The translations under genes and the position numbers were made by a program. A DNA stretch of 64,000 nt from Eledone cirrhosa (Eukaryota). Position 1 is the stretch's first letter, and every line of letters starts with the position of its first letter. The stretch is taken from contig OZ024743.1 in the NCBI GenBank assembly GCA_964016885.1, positions 336,226,001-336,290,000 of the forward strand, given 5' to 3'. Shown here one piece after another: positions 55,901-64,000 of the stretch. The notes beneath the pieces are model-generated. The model saw only the letters and a program-made list of their open reading frames with translations. It had not been told where the DNA came from and ran no database searches.

Positions 55901-58900
55901 CTCTTTCTCTCTGTCTCTATCTTCCAGTCTGTCTCCTTCCCTCTTTCTCTCTGCCTCTATCTTCCAGTCTGCTTCCTTCCTTCTTTCTCTCTGTCTCTAT
56001 CTTCCAGTCTGTCTCCTTCCCTCTTTCTCTATGTCTCTATCTTCCAGTCTGTCTCCTTCTCTCTTTCTCTCTGTCTCTATCTTCCAGTCTGTCTCCTTCC
56101 CTCTTTCTCTCTGTCTCTATCTTCCAGTCTGTCTCCTTCCCTCTTTCTCTCTGTCTCTATCTTCCAGTCTGTCTCCTTCCCTCTTTCTCTCTGTCTCTAT
56201 CTTCCAGTCTGTCTCCTTCCCTCTTTCTCTCTGTCTCTATCTTCCAGTCTGTCTCCTTCCCTCTTTCTCTCTGTCTCTATCTTCCAGTCTGTCTCCTTCT
56301 CTCTTTCTCTCTGTCTCTATATTCCAGTCTGTCTCCTTCCCTCTTTCTCTCTGTCTCTATCTTCCAGTCTGTCTCCTTCTCTCTTTCTCTCTCTCTCTAT
56401 CTTCCAGTCTGTCTCCTTCCCTCTTTCTCTCTGTCTCTATCTTCCAGTCTGTCTCCTTAACTCTTTCTCTCTGTCTCTATCCTTCCAGTCTGCCTCCTTC
56501 CCTCTTTCTCTCTATCTCTATCTTCCAGTCTGTCTCCTTCCCTCTTTCTCTCTGTCTCTATCTTCCAGTCTGTCTCCTTCCCTCTTTCTCTCTATCTCTA
56601 TCTTCCAGTCTGGCTCCTTCCCTCTTTCTCTCTGTCTCTATCTTCCAGTCTGGCTCCTTCCCTCTTTCTCTCTGCCTCTATCTTCCAGTCTGTTTCCTTC
56701 CATTTTTCTCTCTGTCTCTATCTTCCAGTCTGTCTCCTTCCCTCTTTCTCTCTATCTCTATCTTCCAGTCTGTCTCCTTCCCTCTTTCTCTCTGTCTCTA
56801 TCTTCCAGTCTGTCTCCTTCCCTCTTTCTCTCTATCTCTATCTTCCAGTCTGGCTCCTTCCCTCTTTCTCTCTGTCTCTATCTTCCAGTCTGTCTCCTTC
56901 CCTCTTTCTCTTTGTCTCTATCTTCCAGTCTGTCTCCTTCCCTCTTTCTCTCTGTCTCTATCTTCCAGTCTGTCTCCTTCCATCTTTCTCTCTGTCTCTA
57001 TCTTCCAGTCTGCCTCCTTCCCTCTTTCTCTCTGTCTCTATCTTCCAGTCTGTCTCCTTCCCTCTTTCTCTCTATCTCTATCTTCCAGTCTGCCTCCTTC
57101 TCTCTTTCTCTCTGTCTCTGTCTTCCAGTCTGTTTCCTTCCCTCTTTCTCTCTGTCTCTATCTTCCAGTCTGTCTCCTTCCCTCTTTCTCTCTGTCTCTA
57201 TCTTCCAGTCTGTCTCCTCCTCTCTTTCTCTATGTCTCTATCTTCCAGTCTGTCTCCTTCTCTCTTTCTCTCTGTCTCTATTTTTCAGTCTGTCTCCTTC
57301 TCTCTTTCTCTCTGTCTCTATCTTCCAGTCTGTCTCCTTCCCTCTTTCTCTCTGTCTCTATCTTCCAGTCTGTCTCCTTCTCTCTTTCTCTCTGTCTCTA
57401 TCTTCCTGTCTGTCTCCTGCCCTCTTTCTCTCTCTCTCTATCTCTAGTTTGTCTCCTTCCCTCTTTCTCTCTGTCTCTATCTTCCAGTCTGTCTCCTTCC
57501 CTCTTTCTCTCTGCCTCTATCTTCCAGTCTGCTTCCTTCCCTCTTTCTCTCTGCCTCTATCTTCCAGTCTGCTTCCTTCCCTCTTTCTCTCTGTCTCTAT
57601 CTTCCAGTCTGTCTCCTTCCCTCTTTCTCTATGTCTCTATCTTCCAGTCTGTCTCCTTCTCTCTTTCTCTCTGTCTCTATCTTCCAGTCTGTCTCCTTCC
57701 CTCTTTCTGTCTGTCTCTATCTCCCAGTCCGTCTCCTTCTCTCTTTCTCTCTGTCTCTATCTTTCAGTCTGTCTCCTTCCCTCTTTCTCTCTGTCTCTAT
57801 CTTCCAGTCTGTCTCCTTCCCTCTTTCTCTCTGTCTCTATCTTCCAGTCTGTCTCCTTCCCTCTTTCTCTCTGTCTCTATCTTCCAGTCTGTCTCCTTCC
57901 CTCTTTCTCTCTGTCTCTATCTTCCAGTCTCTCTCCTTCTCTCTTTTTCTCTGTCTCTATCTTCCAGTCTGTCTCCTTCCCTCTTTATCTCTGTCTGTAT
58001 CTTCCAGTCTGTCTCCTTCTCTCTTTCTCTCTCTCTCTATCTTCCAGTCTGTCTCCTTCCCTCTTTCTCTCTGTCTCTATCTTCCAGTCTGTCTCCTTAA
58101 CTCTTTCTCTCTGTCTCTATCTTCTAGTCTGCCTCCTTCCCTCTTTCTCTCTATCTCTATCTTCCAGTCTGTCTCCTTCCCTCTTTCTCTCTGTCTCTAT
58201 CTTCCAGTCTGTCTCCTTCCCTCTTTCTCTCTGTCTCTATCATCCAGTCTGTCTCCTTCTCTCTTTCTCTCTGTCTCTATCTTCCAGTCTGTCTCCTTCC
58301 CTCTTTCTCTCTGTCTCTATCTTCCAGTCTGTCTCCTTCTCTCTTTCTCTCTCTCTCTATCTTCCAGTCTGTCTCCTTCCCTCTTTCTCTCTGTCTCTAT
58401 CTTCCAGTCTGTCTTCTTAACTCTTTCTCTCTGTCTCTATCTTCCAGTCTGCCTCCTTCCCTCTTTCTCTCTATCTCTATCTTCCAGTCTGTCTCCTTCC
58501 CTCTTTCTCTCTGTCTCTATCTTCCAGTCTGTCTCCTTCCCTCTTTCTCTCTATCTCTATCTTCCAGTCTGGCTCCTTCCCTCTTTCTCTCTGTCTCTAT
58601 CTTCCAGTCTGTCTCCTTCCCTCTTTCTCTCTGTCTCTATCTTCCAGTCTGTCTCCTTAACTCTTTCTCTCTGTCTCTATCTTCCAGTCTGCCTCCTTCC
58701 CTCTTTCTCTCTATCTCTATCTTCCAGTCTGTCTCCTTCCCTCTTTCTCTCTGTCTCTATCTTCCAGTCTGTCTCCTTCCCTCTTTCTCTCTATCTCTAT
58801 CTTCCAGTCTGGCTCCTTCCCTCTTTCTCTCTGTCTCTATCTTCCAGTCTGTCTCCTTCCCTCTTTCTCTCTGTCTCTATCTTCCAGTCTGTCTCCTTCC

Positions 58901-61900
58901 CTCTTTCTCTCTGTCTCTATCTTCCAGTCTGTCTCCTTCCCTCTTTCTCTCTGTCTCTATCTTCCAGTCTGTCTCCTTCCCTCTTTCTCTCTGTCTCTAT
59001 CTTCCAGTCTGTCTCCTTCTCTCTTACTCTCTGTCTCTATCTTCAAGTCTGTCTCCTTCCCTCTTTCTCTCTGTCTCTATCTTCCAGTCTGTCTCCTTCT
59101 CTCTTTCTCTCTCTCTCTATCTTCCAGTCTGTCTCCTTCCATCTTTCTCTCTGTCTCTATCTTCCAGTCTGTCTCCTTACCCCTTCCTCTCTGTCTCTAT
59201 CTTCCAGTCTGCCTCCTTCCCTCTTTCTCTCTGTCTCTATCTTCCAGTCTGTCTCCTTCCCTCTTTCTCTCTGTCTCTATCTTCCAGTCTGTCTCCTTCT
59301 CTCTTTCTCTATGTCTCTATCTTCCAGTCTGTCTACTTCCCTCTTTCTCTTTGTCTCTATCTTCCAGTCTGCCTCCTTCCCTCTTTCTCTCTGTCTCTAT
59401 CTTCCAGTCTGTCTCCTTCCCTCTTTCTCTTTGTCTCTATCTTCCAGTCTGTCTCCTTCCCTTATTCTCTTTGTCTCTATCTTCCAGTCTGTCTCCTTCC
59501 CTCTTTCTCTCTGTCTCTATCTTCCAGTCTGTCTCCTTCCATCTTTCTCTCTGTCTCTATCTTCCAGTCTGCCTCCTTCCCTCTTTCTCTCTGTCTCTAT
59601 CTTCCAGTCTGTCTCCTTCCCTCTTTCTCTCTATCTCTATCTTCCAGTCTGCCTCCTTCTCTCTTTCTCTCTGTCTCTGTCTTCCAGTCTGTTTCCTTCC
59701 CTCTTTCTCTCTGTCTCTATCTTCCAGTCTGTCTCCTTCCCTCTTTCTCTCTGTCTCTATCTTCCAGTCTGTCTCCTCCTCTCTTTCTCTATGTCTCTAT
59801 CTTCCAGTCTGTCTCCTTCTCTCTTTCTCTCTGTCTCTATCTTCCAGTCTGTCTCCTTCTCTCTTTCTCTCTGTCTGTATCTTCCAGTCTGTCTCCTTCC
59901 CTCTTTCTCTCTGTCTCTATCTTCCAGTCTGTCTCCTTCTCTCTTTCTCTCTGTCTCTATCTTCCTGTCTGTCTCCTGCCCTCTTTCTCTCTCTCTCTAT
60001 CTCTAGTCTGTCTCCTTCCCTCTTTCTCTCTGTCTCTATCTTCCAGTCTGTCTCCTTCCCTCTTTCTCTCTGCCTCTATCTTCCAGTCTGCTTCCTTCCT
60101 TCTTTCTCTCTGTCTCTATCTTCCAGTCTGTCTCCTTCCCTCTTTCTCTATGTCTCTATCTTCCAGTCTGTCTCCTTCTCGCTTTCTCTCTGTCTCTATC
60201 TTCCAGTCTGTCTCCTTCCCTCTTTCTCTCTGTCTCTATCTTCCAGTCTGTCTCCTTCCCTCTTTCTCTCTGTCTCTATCTTCCAGTCTGTCTCCTTCCC
60301 TCTTTCTCTCTGTCTCTATCTTCCAGTCTGTCTCCTTCCCTCTTTCTCTCTGTCTCTATCTTCCAGTCTGTCTCCTTCCCTCTTTCTCTCTGTCTCTATC
60401 TTCCAGTCTGTCTCCTTCTCTCTTTCTCTCTGTCTCTATATTCCAGTCTGTCTCCTTCCCTCTTTCTCTCTGTCTCTATCTTCCAGTCTGTCTCCTTCTC
60501 TCTTTCTCTCTCTCTCTATCTTCCAGTCTGTCTCCTTCCCTCTTTCTCTCTGTCTCTATCTTCCAGTCTGTCTCCTTAACTCTTTCTCTCTGTCTCTATC
60601 CTTCCAGTCTGCCTCCTTCCCTCTTTCTCTCTATCTCTATCTTCCAGTCTGTCTCCTTCCCTCTTTCTCTCTGTCTCTATCTTCCAGTCTGTCTCCTTCC
60701 CTCTTTCTCTCTATCTCTATCTTCCAGTCTGGCTCCTTCCCTCTTTCTCTCTGTCTCTATCTTCCAGTCTGGCTCCTTCCCTCTTTCTCTCTGCCTCTAT
60801 CTTCCAGTCTGTTTCCTTCCATTTTTCTCTCTGTCTCTATCTTCCAGTCTGTCTCCTTCCCTCTTTCTCTCTATCTCTATCTTCCAGTCTGTCTCCTTCC
60901 CTCTTTCTCTCTGTCTCTATCTTCCAGTCTGTCTCCTTCCCTCTTTCTCTCTATCTCTATCTTCCAGTCTGGCTCCTTCCCTCTTTCTCTCTGTCTCTAT
61001 CTTCCAGTCTGTCTCCTTCCCTCTTTCTCTCTGTCTCTATCTTCCAGTCTGTCTCCTTCCCTCTTTCTCTCTGTCTCTATCTTCCAGTCTGTCTCCTTCC
61101 CTCTTTCTCTCTGTCTCTATCTTCCAGTCTGTCTTCTTCCCTCTTTCTCTCTGTCTCTATCTTCCAGTCTGTCTCCTTCTCTCTTTCTCTCTCTCTCTAT
61201 CTTCCAGTCTGTCTCCTTCCCTCTTTCTCTCTGTCTCTATCTTCCAGTCTGTCTCCTTACCTCTTTCTCTCTGTCTCTATCTTCCAGTCTGCCTCCTTCC
61301 CTCTTTCTCTCTGTCTCTATCTTCCAGTCTGTCTCCTTCCCTCTTTCTCTCTGTCTCTATCTTCCAGTCTGTCTCCTTCTCTCTTTCTCTCTGTCTCTAT
61401 CTTCCAGTCTGTCTCCTTCTCTCTTTCTCTCTGTCTCTATCTTCCTGTCTGTCTCCTGCCCTCTTTCTCTCTCTCTCTATCTCTAGTTTGTCTCCTTCCC
61501 TCTTTCTCTCTGTCTCTATCTTCCAGTCTGTCTCCTTCCCTCTTTCTCTCTGCCTCTATCTTCCAGTCTGCTTCCTTCCCTCTTTCTCTCTGCCTCTATC
61601 TTCCAGTCTGCTTCCTTCCCTCTTTCTCTCTGTCTCTATCTTCCAGTCTGTCTCCTTCCCTCTTTCTCTATGTCTCTATCTTCCAGTCTGTCTCCTTCTC
61701 TCTTTCTCTCTGTCTCTATCTTCCAGTCTGTCTCCTTCCCTCTTTCTGTCTGTCTCTATCTCCCAGTCCGTCTCCTTCTCTCTTTCTCTCTGTCTCTATC
61801 TTTCAGTCTGTCTCCTTCCCTCTTTCTCTCTGTCTCTATCTTCCAGTCTGTCTCCTTCCCTCTTTCTCTCTGTCTCTATCTTCCAGTCTGTCTCCTTCCC

Positions 61901-64000
61901 TCTTTCTCTCTGTCTCTATCTTCCAGTCTGTCTCCTTCCCTCTTTCTCTCTGTCTCTATCTTCCAGTCTCTCTCCTTCTCTCTTTTTCTCTGTCTCTATC
62001 TTCCAGTCTGTCTCCTTCCCTCTTTATCTCTGTCTGTATCTTCCAGTCTGTCTCCTTCTCTCTTTCTCTCTCTCTCTATCTTCCAGTCTGTCTCCTTCCC
62101 TCTTTCTCTCTGTCTCTATCTTCCAGTCTGTCTCCTTAACTCTTTCTCTCTGTCTCTATCTTCTAGTCTGCCTCCTTCCCTCTTTCTCTCTATCTCTATC
62201 TTCCAGTCTGTCTCCTTCCCTCTTTCTCTCTGTCTCTATCTTCCAGTCTGTCTCCTTCCCTCTTTCTCTCTGTCTCTATCATCCAGTCTGTCTCCTTCTC
62301 TCTTTCTCTCTGTCTCTATCTTCCAGTCTGTCTCCTTCCCTCTTTCTCTCTGTCTCTATCTTCCAGTCTGTCTCCTTCTCTCTTTCTCTCTCTCTCTATC
62401 TTCCAGTCTGTCTCCTTCCCTCTTTCTCTCTGTCTCTATCTTCCAGTCTGTCTTCTTAACTCTTTCTCTCTGTCTCTATCTTCCAGTCTGCCTCCTTCCC
62501 TCTTTCTCTCTATCTCTATCTTCCAGTCTGTCTCCTTCCCTCTTTCTCTCTGTCTCTATCTTCCAGTCTGTCTCCTTCCCTCTTTCTCTCTATCTCTATC
62601 TTCCAGTCTGGCTCCTTCCCTCTTTCTCTCTGTCTCTATCTTCCAGTCTGTCTCCTTCCCTCTTTCTCTCTGTCTCTATCTTCCAGTCTGTCTCCTTAAC
62701 TCTTTCTCTCTGTCTCTATCTTCCAGTCTGCCTCCTTCCCTCTTTCTCTCTATCTCTATCTTCCAGTCTGTCTCCTTCCCTCTTTCTCTCTGTCTCTATC
62801 TTCCAGTCTGTCTCCTTCCCTCTTTCTCTCTATCTCTATCTTCCAGTCTGGCTCCTTCCCTCTTTCTCTCTGTCTCTATCTTCCAGTCTGTCTCCTTCCC
62901 TCTTTCTCTCTGTCTCTATCTTCCAGTCTGTCTCCTTCCCTCTTTCTCTCTGTCTCTATCTTCCAGTCTGTCTCCTTCCCTCTTTCTCTCTGTCTCTATC
63001 TTCCAGTCTGTCTCCTTCCCTCTTTCTCTCTGTCTCTATCTTCCAGTCTGTCTCCTTCTCTCTTACTCTCTGTCTCTATCTTCAAGTCTGTCTCCTTCCC
63101 TCTTTCTCTCTGTCTCTATCTTCCAGTCTGTCTCCTTCTCTCTTTCTCTCTCTCTCTATCTTCCAGTCTGTCTCCTTCCATCTTTCTCTCTGTCTCTATC
63201 TTCCAGTCTGTCTCCTTACCCCTTCCTCTCTGTCTCTATCTTCCAGTCTGCCTCCTTCCCTCTTTCTCTCTGTCTCTATCTTCCAGTCTGTCTCCTTCCC
63301 TCTTTCTCTCTGTCTCTATCTTCCAGTCTGTCTCCTTCTCTCTTTCTCTATGTCTCTATCTTCCAGTCTGTCTACTTCCCTCTTTCTCTTTGTCTCTATC
63401 TTCCAGTCTGCCTCCTTCCCTCTTTCTCTCTGTCTCTATCTTCCAGTCTGTCTCCTTCCCTCTTTCTCTTTGTCTCTATCTTCCAGTCTGTCTCCTTCCC
63501 TTATTCTCTTTGTCTCTATCTTCCAGTCTGTCTCCTTCCCTCTTTCTCTCTGTCTCTATCTTCCAGTCTGTCTCCTTCCATCTTTCTCTCTGTCTCTATC
63601 TTCCAGTCTGCCTCCTTCCCTCTTTCTCTCTGTCTCTATCTTCCAGTCTGTCTCCTTCCCTCTTTCTCTCTATCTCTATCTTCCAGTCTGCCTCCTTCTC
63701 TCTTTCTCTCTGTCTCTGTCTTCCAGTCTGTTTCCTTCCCTCTTTCTCTCTGTCTCTATCTTCCAGTCTGTCTCCTTCCCTCTTTCTCTCTGTCTCTATC
63801 TTCCAGTCTGTCTCCTCCTCTCTTTCTCTATGTCTCTATCTTCCAGTCTGTCTCCTTCTCTCTTTCTCTCTGTCTCTATCTTCCAGTCTGTCTCCTTCTC
63901 TCTTTCTCTCTGTCTGTATCTTCCAGTCTGTCTCCTTCCCTCTTTCTCTCTGTCTCTATCTTCCAGTCTGTCTCCTTCTCTCTTTCTCTCTGTCTCTATC
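16950..64000. repeat. 40-bp satellite array (~47 kb, ~1,170 monomers, runs off the window end) with higher-order repeats
   Basis: Consensus CTCTATCTTCCAGTCTGTCTCCTTCCCTCTTTCTCTCTGT (35/40 pyrimidines), head-to-tail in one orientation, with recurring variant monomers. Confidence 0.99.

Noticed and set aside
16342-62459. Very long Ser/Leu/Phe-rich ORFs (up to 2,029 aa)
   Set aside because: The 40-bp monomer has no stop codon on the + strand in any frame. The ORFs occur in all three frames and are translation artefacts.
16950-64000. CRISPR-like regular periodicity
   Set aside because: There are no unique spacers and no cas genes. It is a plain tandem satellite in a eukaryotic context.

Overview
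Eukaryotic, gene-free, repeat-dominated window. The SINE family and microsatellite load suggest an octopus-like cephalopod, but this is inference. Bases 1-16.9 kb are a mosaic of mobile elements: a type I hammerhead ribozyme (probably a Penelope-like LTR remnant) next to (TA)n, a palindromic MITE/foldback element with a TTAGGG-like core, many tRNA-type SINE copies, a CR1-type LINE 3' fragment, and a head-to-tail stack of L1/Tx1-clade non-LTR retrotransposons on the minus strand. The stack holds one full-length copy with a 21-bp TSD (B, 9430-15207), one older 5'-truncated divergent relative (A, 5201-9343) and a ~25-bp 3' tip of a probable third copy. All three sit in (GATA)n tracts, and A and B share covarying 3'-UTR hairpins. 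From ~16.95 kb to the window end is an uninterrupted ~47-kb satellite of a 40-bp pyrimidine-rich monomer with layered higher-order repeats. The long Ser/Leu ORFs in the ORF track are repeat artefacts. The best candidate for an undescribed system is a (GATA)n-targeting Tx1-like retrotransposon lineage.
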